Source of the DNA: Octopus vulgaris
Lineage: Eukaryota
Assembly: GCA_951406725.2 (NCBI GenBank)
Contig: OX597836.1
Location: 7,502,001 to 7,566,000 of the forward strand
Reading direction: 5' to 3'
DNA length: 64,000 bases
A program made the position numbers and the translations under genes. The notes under the pieces are model-generated. The model was not told the origin of the DNA. It saw only the letters and a program-made list of their open reading frames with translations, and did not search any database. Every line of letters starts with the position of its first letter. Position 1 is the first letter of the stretch. This document shows, in pieces, positions 37,380-50,631 of the stretch.

Positions 37380-38436
37380 TAGTTGTCATTACTGAAGTAA
37401 AACGTTAACCAAACCAAATTGCGATGATTTTCTGATTACAAAAAGACTTGGATTTATTTTCCTTCAGGCATTCTTTTACTTTCACTTTTAGCTTGCATAA
37501 TCACATGTTCACACCTCTCTCTCTCTCCCTCTCTTCCCTCCTCTCTCTCTCTCTCTCCTCCACTCGCTTTCTTCCTGTTTCTCTTCCCTCTCTTTCTTCC
37601 CTTGTATACGTCTGATTATGTATGTATGTATGTATGTATATATGTACGTGTATATGTATGTATAAACTTATGTAGTTGACATACAAACATGGTAAATTCA
37701 TGGAAGTATATTCATTCATGTATATACACATGCATGTATGTATAGGCATGTGTGTATGTATGTATTTATGTATATGTGCATGTATGTATATGTCTTTATA
37801 TGTCTTTGTATGTATATGAGCCTGTTTGTATGTGCATATGTATGCATGTCTGTATATGTGTGTTTCTGTCTCTGTGCATATATATGTATGTAACTGTGCA
37901 CTTCCGTGTATGCGTACACAAGTCTTTTTGTCTGTGTATGAGTGTATATGTATCATTCTATGTGTATGTATATATATTTATATCTCTTGTATGCATGTGT
38001 GTGCATGTGAATGTGTGTGTCTGTATTTTCGTCTTTGTGTCTGTGCATATATGTATGTATGTATGTATGAATGTATGTATGTATGCATGTAAGTATGTAT
38101 GAATGTATGTATGTATGCATGTAAGTATGTATGTATGTATGTATGTATGTCTGTATGTATGAATGTATGTATGTATATGTGTGTGTGTGTGTGTGTGTGT
38201 ATATGTATATGTGTATATACCAGTCAGTATATATGTACCCATGTTTCCGTGTCGGTGTATATATTTATATATTTTTCTCTCTTGGTCCTATGTTTACAGT
38301 GTATGCCCTGCAAGTATGTATCCGCGTGAATGCCTCAATGGGTTTGCATATATCTGTCTCTGTCTGTCAGTGTGTCACACACATGCATATGAACACACGT
38401 GTGTGTGTGCATGTACGTGCACACACTTCCTCATGC

Positions 38437-38572
<136 letters not shown>

Positions 38573-38777
38573 ATATATATATCCAGCTATATGTGTGTGT
38601 GTGTATGTATATATATGTAGGTATGTATGTATGTATGCATGTATATATGTATGTGTGTATTTATATATATACATGTATGTATGTATGCTTGGATATATAT
38701 ATATATATATGTATGCATGTATATATATATATGTGTGTGTGTGTGCATATATATATATGTATGTATGTGTGTGTATG

Positions 38778-38879
<102 letters not shown>

Positions 38880-38893
38880 TATATGTGTGTATG

Positions 38894-38924
<31 letters not shown>

Positions 38925-39150
38925 GGGTCTGTCAGCACATGTACCTCTGTGTGCATGTCTGTCAGAATGATGAAATGTCATGCACTGCACATTATATCAA
39001 TTAGCAAAGCAACAACAACAACAACAGTAACAAGGCCTAATTTTACTAAGATCTCAGAGATAACAGACATTTGTCAGCATTGACTTTTCAGAAGACTTCT
39101 TGTTCTGCCATTCCAGTACAACATTCCTCCATTACATAGCAAAGCTATGC

Positions 39151-39205
<55 letters not shown>

Positions 39206-39784
39206 CATATACCGTAGTTGCTCGTGTATAAGTTGCTCTATTTTATGCTGAGTAAATATGGGGGTGCCAATTATAAACAGGGCAAAGATAAACCTTTCAC
39301 TTTCAATATGAAAAGAAAAATAGTTTTGTACCAAGATTTTAGCACTAAATTCAGGGCGTGACTTATCATGAGTAAATATGGTATAAATATCATCATCATC
39401 ATCATTATCATCATCATCATCATTTAATGTCTGTTTTCCATGCTGGCATGGATTAGACAGTTTGACTGAAGCTGGTAAGCTGGAGATCTGCACCAGGCTC
39501 TGTGTCTGTTTTGGCTTGGTTTCTATGGCTGGATGCCCTTCCTAACACCAACCATTGTACAGAGTGTACTTGGTGCCTTTTACAATATCACCGGCACAGG
39601 TGCTTTACACATGTAACTGGCATGTGTACTTTTCACATGTCTCTACATTAGTGACTTTTATGTGCCTGGGTACCTCTTGCGTATCACCAACATGGGTGCC
39701 TTTTATATGTCACTGGCACTGGCCACAACCATGATTTCATGGACCCTTGCACTAAGGTTTCTCAATTTATTTTCTTATTTGCAG

Positions 39785-39803
39785 TCAAGTGACTGAAAAA
39801 TGA
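39785..39803 (+). CDS. Candidate short terminal exon (phase 2: QVTEK*)
   Basis: Acceptor ttttcttatttgcag lies within hairpin 39732-39822. Confidence 0.35.
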
Positions 39804-40714
39804 GAGCAAGGGCAGAAAATCAGGAAGGTGTGTGCGTGAATGCATGTGTACAGTATTCTCATCCGAAATGGAAATGATTAACAATGTTCCCTTTGGTACA
39901 CTTGAACAATTGTAAAAACCTCCCTTTGCATGAAACTGTTGGTAGCCTTGTTTACTTACAAATAAAGAATACTTATCCACCAATGCAGTGTTAAGCAATT
40001 ATTCTCTCTATTTGATATTAGCATGCATATATGAATATAGGTGCAAGCGTTGCTGTGTGGTAAGAAGCTTGCTAGCTTCAGCCTCTTACACCTACCCTGC
40101 AATGTCATTCTAAAACTAAACAAGCACACCACTGATGTCTCAAAGCTACAAGATAATGCAGGATTAATTCAAAACAATAAATAAATAAGCATTGAATAAA
40201 TACGCATTACCTTACTGGCACTCGTGCCCCGTGCTAGTAGGGTGTTAAGAGCACCATCGTTGCCAGAGCAGCTAACTGGCCTCCGTGCCAGTGGCATGTA
40301 AAAGACACCATTCGAGCATGATCGTTACCAGCATTGCCTTACTGGCACCTGTGCCAGTGGCATGTGTAAAAGATTCGAGTGAAGTCGTTGCCAGTACCGC
40401 CTGACTGGCCCCCGTGCCAGTGGCACGTAAAAGCACCCACTACACTCTCTGAGTGGTTGGCATTAGGAAGGACATCCAGCTGTAGAAACTCTGCCAGATC
40501 AAGACTGGAGCCTGGTGCAGTCATCTGGTTCACCAGCCCTCAGTCAAATCGTACAACCCATGCTAGCATGGAAAGCAGACATTAAATGATGATGATGGTG
40601 ATTTGAATAATCTGAATGGTAAAGGGTTAAATTTTGATTTAGAAGCAGCGAAAATAATATAAACTGCTCTGATTTCATGTCCTTAGTGTACGGGTTTTGT
40701 CTTATTAACTGCAG

Positions 40715-40784
40715 AATTCGTCCCAGAAAAGTAACCTTTAAGACACCGAATATTAAAAGCACTGAATGCCTCAAAACAAGGTGA
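40715..40784 (+). CDS. Candidate exon (phase 2: IRPRKVTFKTPNIKSTECLKTR*), terminal or 66-nt cassette
   Basis: Acceptor ttattaactgcag|A ATT; AATAAA after the stop; possible donor AAG|gtgaaa at 40780; forms the 5' arm of a ~350-nt hairpin. Confidence 0.55.
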
Positions 40785-41270
40785 AATAAATTGACACCCG
40801 TTGGTGAACATGAATGATGGACATAGATATTTTGTTGTTAATCCAGTTTGTAAGGATACAAATTTGTTTCGAGGTGATTCTGGTTATGTGGTGCCGACAA
40901 ACTGAAGTAACAGTGGAATATCAATATGTGCTGTTCTTGTTCACCTACAGGGTGATTTCGTTTCATCTGGTTTTGAGGTGATCGGCATTTTTTTTTTCAA
41001 CACTTGACATCTTGAAGTGAATTTTCTCTGGATGAATCCTGCAGCCAAAAAATGTAAAAAACAAAACACATAAATCGAGTGTGTGGCATCAGTTATGTTA
41101 AAATTATTAGAGTTGCTACTTCTAATTCAAAATTTTATACACACTCACACACACACACACACATATATTTATGTATATAGATACACATACGTGTATATAT
41201 GTATGTTATATATATATATAATGTATGTACGTATATGTATGTTATATATATATATATATGCATATATGCA

Positions 41271-41323
<53 letters not shown>

Positions 41324-41648
41324 GTATGTCTATATGTGTTCATGTGTGTAATTTATGTCTGTTCTTCCTTGCTAAGATGGTTTAGGTACAAGGGGATTGA
41401 GGCAAAATTCTTTATGTATCCATGCTTACATACATACATACGTATATACATATATGAATGTATATCTGGGTGTGTTTGTATAATTATATATACATTTGTG
41501 TGCGCGCGCGTGTGTGTGTGCAACCAACACTGTCTATCTAAATAGGCTGCCGTTCTGTATAAGAAGGTCATATATGTAAAGCTATTGAAAGTGAAATAGT
41601 GAAAGGGAGATGAGAAACTCAACCAATATTTCTTCATTCAATCAATAG

Positions 41649-41691
41649 CATGGCGGCAGATGGGACTCCAATGGTTTCTATGAATGCTTGA
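41649..41691 (+). CDS. Candidate alternative terminal exon (phase 2: MAADGTPMVSMNA*)
   Basis: Acceptor ttttcttcattcaatcaatag; the exon pairs with 41824-41854. Confidence 0.45.
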
Positions 41692-42457
41692 TATCTGAAT
41701 ATAATTCTTCAGATGATCAAAATGTTAGAGAAGTCTCTTTATATCTTTCCATGACTCTCTCTCTCTCTTTCTCTCTCTCTCCCTCTTTCTGTCTCTCTCT
41801 CTCTCTTTCTCCTTCTTATTCTCTTCTTGGAAACCTGGATCCGTCTACCATATTCTTCTGTCGTGTCTTACTTTCAGGCTGTTCAAGATGTTGAAATAAT
41901 TTGGCTAGATTGAATTTTAAAATCTGAAAGACAATAACTGATACCAGTTAAAAGAATAAAAGAATGTGTGAGCATGTGTGTGTGTATTTGTGTGTGTGTG
42001 TGTGTGTGTGTCTGAGCATGTGTCTGAGCATGTGTGTGTGTATGTGTGTGTCTGAGCATGTGTGTGTGTATGTGTGTGTCTGAGCATGTGTGTGTGTATA
42101 GTGATCTGTTGCCGTGAGGCTGGAAGAGTCAGATGACAAGATGCATACACATATATGCATATATTTATGTGTGTGTATGTATGTATGTGTGTGTGTGTGC
42201 ATTTGCATGTATATGTATATATACTTATCTATATATTTGTAAAAATGTATGTATATGTATATTTATGTATATATACATATCGACATATTTATAAGTATAT
42301 ATACATATATATATATATATACTTTATGTATGTGTGTGTGTGTGTGCATTTGTACATATATGTATATATTCTTATCTATATATTTGTATACATGTATGTA
42401 TATGTGTATATATATCTATATGTGTATACATATCTATATATTTGTATGCATGTATGT

Positions 42458-42492
<35 letters not shown>

Positions 42493-42884
42493 CATATCGA
42501 TATATTTATATGCATATAACTATATGTATGTGTGTGTATTCATGCTCGGTGGTTGGAGCATCGGCCTCACAATGATGAGGTAGTGAGTTCGATTCTTGGA
42601 CCGGGCTCTGTGTTGTGTTCTTGAGCAAGACACTTTATTTCCATGTTGCCCCAGTTCACTCAGCTGTAGAAATGAGTTGTGATGTCACTGGTGCTAAGCT
42701 GTATCGGCCCCTTTGCCTTTCCCTTGGATAACATCAATGGTGTGGAGAGGGTAGGCCAGTATGCATGGGTGACTGCTGGTCTTCCGTAAACCACTTTGCC
42801 CAGTCTTGTGACTTGGAGGGAGAACTTTCTAGGTGCATTCCTGTGGTCATTCATGACTGAAGCGGGGGAAAAAAAATAAAAAAA

Positions 42885-43325
42885 TCCAATCAAAATCGAA
42901 ATCGATCAACATCAATGGAATTTGTAGTTGTGGTACCAGTGCTGGTGGCACATAAGAGAATCATCCGAACATGGCCGTAGCCAGCACCGCATTGACTGAC
43001 CTCCATGCCGATGGCACGTAACAAACACCACCCGATCATGGTCGTTGCCAGCCTTGCCTGGCCTCCATGCCGGTGGCACGTTAAAAGCACCATACGAGCG
43101 TGGCCGTTCGCCAGCCTCGTCTGGCACCTGTGTCGGTGGCACATAAAAAGCACCCACTACACTCACGGAGTGGTTGGCGTTAGGAAGGGCATCCAGCTGT
43201 AGAAACATTGCCAGATCTGACTGGAGCCTGGTGCAGGCTCCTGGCTTCCCAGGCCCCAGTTGAACTGTCCAACCCATGCTAGCATGGAAAGCGGACGTTA
43301 AACGATGATGATGATGATGATGATG
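42885..43325 (+). mobile_element. Family D retro-repeat copy
   Basis: Several diverged 60-bp units plus the conserved tail and (GAT)n. Confidence 0.85.
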
Positions 43326-43811
43326 TATGTATGTATGTATGGCTCTCCATCTGTTACAACAACAAGTGTTTCATTTGATGCGATCAACAAAAGAGTTTGC
43401 TCATGAAATTAACGTGCAAGTGGCTGAGTACTCCATAGACATGCATACCTTTAATAAAGCTCTCAGGGAGATTCAGCATGACACAGAATGTGAGAAAGCT
43501 GGCCCTTTAAAATACAGGTACAACTCATTTTTGCCAGCTGAGTGGATTGGAGCAACATGACATAAAATGTCTTGCTGAAGGACTCAATGCACTGCTGGGA
43601 ATCAAGTACCCCAATCACTAAACCACGTGCTTTCATGTATGTATGTATGTATGTATGTATGTATGCATGAATGTATAAATGTACATATGTATGTGTGTGT
43701 ATATGTATATATATATATATACTGGGCCTGGTGCAGCCTTCTGGCTTCCCAGACCCCAGTTGCACCGTCCAACCCATGCCAGCATGGAAAGCGGACGCTA
43801 AACGATGATGA

Positions 43812-43868
<57 letters not shown>

Positions 43869-44237
43869 TATGATGATGGACTCTCCTGTCATAAGATGAC
43901 GTATGAGGGTTCAACAGTTAGGGTATTCAGTAGATGGAAACTGAAAGAAACCCATTGTATGCTGGCGTGTTTATGTCCCTGTAACTTAGTGGTTCAGCAA
44001 AAGAGACCTATAGGATAAATACCAGACTTACAAAGAATAAGTCCTGGGGTCGATTTCTTCAATTAAAACTCTTTACGGCAGTCCTCCAGCATGGCCACAG
44101 TCATATGACTGAAACAAAAGAATAAAAGAAAAAAATATATATAATATATATATATATATATAAATATATGTGACCGCGTGTGTACCATTGGCGATTTTTC
44201 TCCTCCGTCTTCCCTTGTTTGGATCTTTCCTTTTCCT

Positions 44238-44278
44238 ATGTATCTGACGAAGAGCTCCGGTCGAAATGTTAAATCCTC
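44238..44278 (+). ncRNA. Degenerate minimal hammerhead-like motif (second family)
   Basis: CTGACGA-agag(ctccg)gtc-GAAA-tg-TT; siblings at 50712-50746 and 57307-57344 have altered cores. Confidence 0.4.
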
Positions 44279-44691
44279 CTTCTTTCCTTCTTTCCTGAGC
44301 GTCCGATAACACTATACTTGTTCCACGTCCTCATGTTGTTGTGTTTTCTCTTTGTGTTTTCATGTTTGAATTATGCCAGTGGCACGTAAAAAGCACCATC
44401 CAATCGTGGCCGTTTGCCAGCCTCGTCTGGCACCTGTGCAGGTAGTATGTAAAAGCACCCACTACACTCACGGAGTGGCTGGCTTTAGGAAGGGCATCCA
44501 GCCGTAGAAACATTGCCAGATCAGACTGGAGCCTGGTGCAGCCTTCTGGCTTCCCAGACCTCAGTTGAACCGTCCAACCCATGCTAGCATGGAAAGCGGA
44601 CGCTAAACGATGATGATAGTAAATTCCCCAGAAAACAAAGAACAAACACGAGTAAAAAACAACACAAGGACATGATAGATGCAATGTATTA

Positions 44692-44731
<40 letters not shown>

Positions 44732-44950
44732 TATATATAGATAGATAGATAGATAGATAGATAATTAAATGTCAATCATTTCTCTCTCTCTCTCTCTCTG
44801 TATATATATATACTGGAGTAAACACATAAATGTGAAACAAGGTGGAAAAAAGAGTACTCAAATACCAGTGATAGAGTAAACTGTCCGACGAACGGCAATG
44901 TGAAACTCAGAGTAACAGGTTTTGTTGAATTTTCTGCTGCTTTAAATAAA

Positions 44951-45012
<62 letters not shown>

Positions 45013-45170
45013 GACATATATCTATTTTCACATACACACATATATATATTTATATTTGTATAGACGTATCTGATTAATCTCTCGATCTGTCTGTTTGTCT
45101 GTCTATGTATTTATCTGTCTCTCTTTCACTCTGTCTTTCTCCATCCCCATGTCTGACACTTCACCACTAG

Positions 45171-45371
45171 ATGGAGCTAACGTTCTGACAAAAACAGCAG
45201 CCAACAGACTGCAGCGTTATAGATTTTTCTTGCTAATAACCTGCAGAATTAAGCATGGCTGGCATGGATGGATGTTATAATGCGAGACAGATAATTTGCT
45301 ATTTTCGTATTCTCTCCTTTCTCTTCAGCTTTGCTCTCAATCGTTTCAATATAGATTTACCATGTTGCTAA
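45171..45371 (+). CDS. Cluster of three candidate acceptors/terminal exons (phase 2: WS*, IKHGWHGWML*, FALNRFNIDLPCC*)
   Basis: Exon starts at 45171 (after ctgac branch and pyrimidine tract), 45247 (ctgcag|AATT) and 45329 (tctctcctttctcttcag). Confidence 0.45.
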
Positions 45372-46350
45372 TATTTCTTGTTTGCTAACTCTGTTGCTAA
45401 CTGTCTTATTTTAGACCATTGCTTTCCACATTGGAATTTTATTTATACGAAAAGTCTATAAATAAAAGACTATAAAAAAATTAATGTAGTACTGGAAGTA
45501 CCAATTTGGATGGATGGATGGGTGGGTGGGTAGGTAAGTAGGCAAGTAGAAATGTAGGTAGGTAGATAGGTAGGTAGGTAAGGAGATAAGTGGGTGGGTA
45601 AAGAGTTCAAGAAGGTGGGGGGTTGTTTCTAATTGTGTAGATTGTTTGCAATACTTTTTCTCCTTTCTCCCCCTTCCTTCCCCCCTCCCCCTCCAGTCTT
45701 CCCCCTTCCTCTTCTCCCCCTCCATTCACCCCCTTCCTCATCTCTTCTTCCCTCTTTCATGAATATTATTGGTTTCGCATTTCGGCACAAGGCCAGCATT
45801 TTCGAGGGAGGGGAATAAATCTATCACTTCAACCCCGGTACTTGGCTGGTCCTTATTTCATCAATCCCGAAAGAATTAAAGGCAAAGTCGACCTTGACGC
45901 AATTTGAACTCAGAACGTAAAGACAGACGAAATGTCGCTAAGCAATTTGCCCAGCATGCTAACGATTCTGCCAGCTCACCGCCTTAATAATAATAATTTG
46001 GTTTCAAATTTTGGTACAAGGCTAGCAATTTTAGGGATGGGATAACCTGATTACGTTGACCGCCAATACTCCACTGGTACTTATTTCATCAACCTCGAAA
46101 GGATGAAAGGCAAAGTTGACCTCAGAGGAATTTGAACTCAGAATGTAAAGATGGATGAAATGTTGCTAAGCATTTTGCTCAGCATTCTTTTATTCTTTTA
46201 CTTGCTTCAGTCATTTGACTGTGGCCATGCTGGAGCACCACCTTTAGTCGACCAACTCAACCCCGGGACTTATTTTTTGTAAGTTACGGGGATGTAAATG
46301 CACCAACACCAGTTGTCAAGCAATGGTGAGGTCAAACACAGACACACAAA

Positions 46351-46391
<41 letters not shown>

Positions 46392-47614
46392 GGCTTCTTT
46401 CAGTTTCCATTTACCAAATCCACTCAGAAGACTTTGGTTGGCCTAAGGCTATATTAAAAGACACTTGCCCAAGGTGCCAAGCAGTGGGACTGAACCCAGA
46501 ACCATGTGGCTGGGAAACAAGCTTCTTACCACACAGCCACTCACTAACAATTCTGCCCGCTCACCAACTTTCTCATGAATATTATTGTCATCATAAAGAG
46601 ATTGGGCTGGCAGAATCATGAATGCCCCAGACAAAATGCTTAGCAATCGTTTCTTTCGGCACCTTACGTGCTGTGCTTAAATCTGACTGAGACCAACTTT
46701 CCCTATTGTCCTTTCGAGTTCAATAAAAATAAAGTACCTGTCATGTACTGAGGTTTCAATGTAATCGATTATCCCCCTCCTCTATAATTACTGGCCTTGT
46801 GCCAAAATTTGAAATCATTATTATTATCACCTGTCAATAGCATTATCATCATCATTACCATAGCCTCTATGTGATTGCTTGACTTGCTAGAAATAGTGGT
46901 TATATCACCCTCAAATCACTCTCTACTATCTTGAAATAGTCATACAGTTAAACATCGTTTTATGTACATATGTCTCCCTATAATTTCTTTATAATTATGT
47001 ATATTTATGCAAACATGGCTGCGTGGTTAAGTAGTTCACTTCCCAACCACATGGTTTTGAGTTCAGTCCCACATGTGTAGCACCTCGGTAAGTGTCTTCT
47101 ACTTTAGCCCTCGGCTGACCAAAGCCTTGTGAATGACAAGAAGCATCCATAAGGTGTAAGTGCTTTCGCTGTTCACAGCTTTTCAAACACACATGTTCTG
47201 GGATAATCTGTAGAGAGGAAGTTGTTTTAGTAATCGTGTTGGATATTTCCAGTTCAGTTTTGGATTTAGATTTCTTATGATGATGATGATATTCTTCTTT
47301 TGCCTCTCATAGTCGATCATTTTCTTATAAAATAAATATATATATTGACTTGCTAGAAATAGTGGTTATATCACCCTCAAATCACTCTCTACTATCTTGA
47401 AATAGTCATACAGTTAAACATCGTTTTATGTACATATGTCTCCCTATAATTTCTTATAGTGGTTGGCGTTAGGAAGGGCATCCAGCCGTAGAAACATTGC
47501 CAGATCAGACTGGGCCTGGTGCAGCCTTCTGGCTTCCCAGACCCCAGTTGAACCGTCCAACCCATGCTAGCATGGAAAGCGGACGCTAAACGATGATGAT
47601 GATGATGATGATGA

Positions 47615-47662
<48 letters not shown>

Positions 47663-48027
47663 TTGTTTTTTTCTGTATAAGACTTTGTGTTTATCCCCAC
47701 AACATCTCACAACCCTGCAGTTGGTTTGCTTATATGTCCCCTTAACTTTGCAGTTTAGCAAAACAGACTGATAGAATACATGCCTGTCTTACTAAAAATA
47801 CACTCTGGAGTCAATTTATTTGACTGAACCCTTTAAGGTGATGCTCTTGCATGGCCATAGTCCAATGACTGAAACAAGTAAAATGCTGTGGAATTGAACC
47901 TTAAATCACTTAGCTGTGAGCAAACTTCTTTACCACAGGAGCATGCCTGTACCAACTTCTATTTGTTAGATATTTAGGGATCAAAATCATAAAATGACTC
48001 ATTGGTGTGGAATCTGCAATTCTACAG

Positions 48028-48091
48028 AGATAAGCTGCTTGTCTTAGATATTATTCATAGATTGAAATATTCAGGAATTTTCATAGATTAA
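48028..48091 (+). CDS. Candidate alternative terminal exon (phase 2: DKLLVLDIIHRLKYSGIFID*)
   Basis: Acceptor ttctacag; 20 open codons in phase 2 only; acceptor pairs with 48237-48257. Confidence 0.35.
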
Positions 48092-48406
48092 TGGCAAAGC
48101 CCCAGCATGGCCACGGAATGCAGGCTGGAACAGATAAAAGAATAACAGAGTAAATAATGCTTAGAATTCAGTTCCTTGTCAGAATTGTGTGCTATTTATT
48201 TTAAATGGTACAGAACTGTATGGAATGGGAAGGAAACTACAGAAGTGCAGAATTACATGAAAACTGTATGCATGGTACAGGCGTAGCTGTGCGGTAAGGA
48301 GTTTGCTTCCCAACTACGTGGTTCCAGGTTCAGTCCCACTGTGTGGGACTTTGGGCAAATGTCTAAGTGTCTTCTACTATAGCCTCAGACCAACCAAAGC
48401 CCGTCG

Positions 48407-48455
<49 letters not shown>

Positions 48456-48599
48456 AGATAGATAGATAGATAGATGAAGAAAAAGTATAGAAAGGTAAGG
48501 AGGGGGAAAAGGTGGAATGAAGGTTGTGGGAAATAAGATAGAAGAATAAAGAAAAGATAATTTGCAGAAAGTTATTATTAGGTAATGGGTCGATACTAT

Positions 48600-49300
48600 T
48601 TGAAAAAACTGAAGGGATGTTTTTTTTCCATTGTGTACACTTGTAAACTCTCTCTGTAAACCTGTTTACCAGTTTGTGTTTGGAAAAGAGAATAAAAAAT
48701 TGCTCTCCCATACAAAGAGGACAAAAAGATTTACCTTTATCATAGGGAAAAGATCTAGATAAAATTTTCCATTCTAAAGAAAAAAGTTTGTTAGAGTCTT
48801 GTAGAAGATAGACCTAAATAAATAAAGTTCCTTGTTACCAGAGATAACTTTGCATTGGTATACAGCATTTTAAATTTGGCAGTTTCCATTTTAGACACAG
48901 GTTTTATTAGAGCCACAATTGCAAATGCTGGTTGCATTGATGTTGTCATTTAAGGAGAGATTATCATTGATATTATCGTTAGTGTTAGTAAGTTTACAAG
49001 AATTATTAGGAGAGAAATTGTAACCTCTTAGAATACGGCTGTTATGTGAAGATATAATTTATGAGACATTGTTGGTGTTAGAGAAACCTACTCTGATACA
49101 GTGTGTGTAGAAAATCGAGTGGTACCTTGAATTAATAGGGAAGTTTCTTTCTATAGCTTGACAAAATAAGAGAGGAAGGTTACTATTTACTTGTTTACTG
49201 TATGGAATAATCAACCAAATATTTTTATTAGTGTGGTGTGATTATTTGCGAGATTTATTATTAAAACACATAGTGTTATTATTGTAGCTTGAAAGATATA
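48600..49300 (-). pseudogene. Penelope-like element fragment (GIY-YIG endonuclease region)
   Basis: Minus-strand translation with stops: CNC..C..NGNC...VYQCKV...YLG...WKIL...PY...CPLC..E.FFI...N....C, the Penelope endonuclease pattern. Confidence 0.75.
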
Positions 49301-49318
49301 TATATATACATATATATA

Positions 49319-49400
49319 CAGTAATCCCTTGACTATTGCAGGTGTTATATTCCAAAGACCCCGGTGATAGGTGAAAATCCACAAAATAGAAACAGTACTG
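49319..49400. mobile_element. Tigger/pogo-like terminal repeat (matching opposite end at ~54835-54863)
   Basis: ta|cagtaatcccttgactattgcag resembles the reverse complement of ctgcgatatggcaagtgattaccg|ta. Confidence 0.5.
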
Positions 49401-49531
49401 TACTGTATGTTTTTATTTTTATTGTTATAATTTGTATATATTTATTTTATTATAAATACAAAACAACACCACAGAGGAATAGACGTAAGTTTAAATAATA
49501 AACCGTGATGGGTGAGCCATGATATGGCATG

Positions 49532-49562
<31 letters not shown>

Positions 49563-49779
49563 GCATACATACATATATGCATACATACAAATATACATAC
49601 ATACATACATACATACATACATACATGCATATATACATACATACATATATGCATACGTATATACATAATATTTTGTGATGTGGATAAACATTGAGTGATG
49701 TGAAAACAAATAGGACATGGGGAAACATTTAATAATTCATCATAATGGAGAATTTCTTTGTTACCTATTTATACTACCA

Positions 49780-49812
<33 letters not shown>

Positions 49813-50588
49813 CCGCAATCATCACCACCACCATCACTGCTACTACTACTACTACTGCTACTACTACTACTACCACCACCATCACCACTGCTACTATTAC
49901 TACTATCACTACTATTAATACCACCATCACTACTACTACTATTACTACCACCACCACTACCACCATTACTATTATTAATACTACTACCACCACCACTACC
50001 ACAACTACTACCATCACCACCACCACTGACACCACCTTCACTCTAGCTACTACTACTACTACTAAAGTAGCTATCAGTCTAGTCAGAATCTGTTATAACT
50101 CCTCTCGGGACCACACACACACACACATACACACACACACACACATCACACCGAAACCCCCGCTGGTACCAAATGACTGTACTCTTGTAATCCTGTAATT
50201 AATCTCCGTTTTTACCATCTTCAAACTGGGAACAGAATCTTATCACTTGTGTTTACCTTTAGATTTTCTGCTCCACAAAGAAGACACATTCTTTCTCTTT
50301 CAATATTTCTACATTCCTACCAAAATATTTTCCCTTTACATAAAATTTCCTTTCTATTATTAATCCAGCCCCACATAACTTCCAAAATAGTCATCTACCT
50401 TCATATTTGTGTGTGTGTGTGTGTGTATGTGTATATATATATAGGTGCAGACATGGATGTGTGGTAAGTAGCTTGCTTCCCAACCACATGATTTCGGGTT
50501 CAGTTCCACAGTGTGACACCTTGGGCAAATGTCTTCTACTGTGGCCTCAGGCCAACCAAAGCCTTATGTATATATATAGCCCATCATG

Positions 50589-50631
<43 letters not shown>

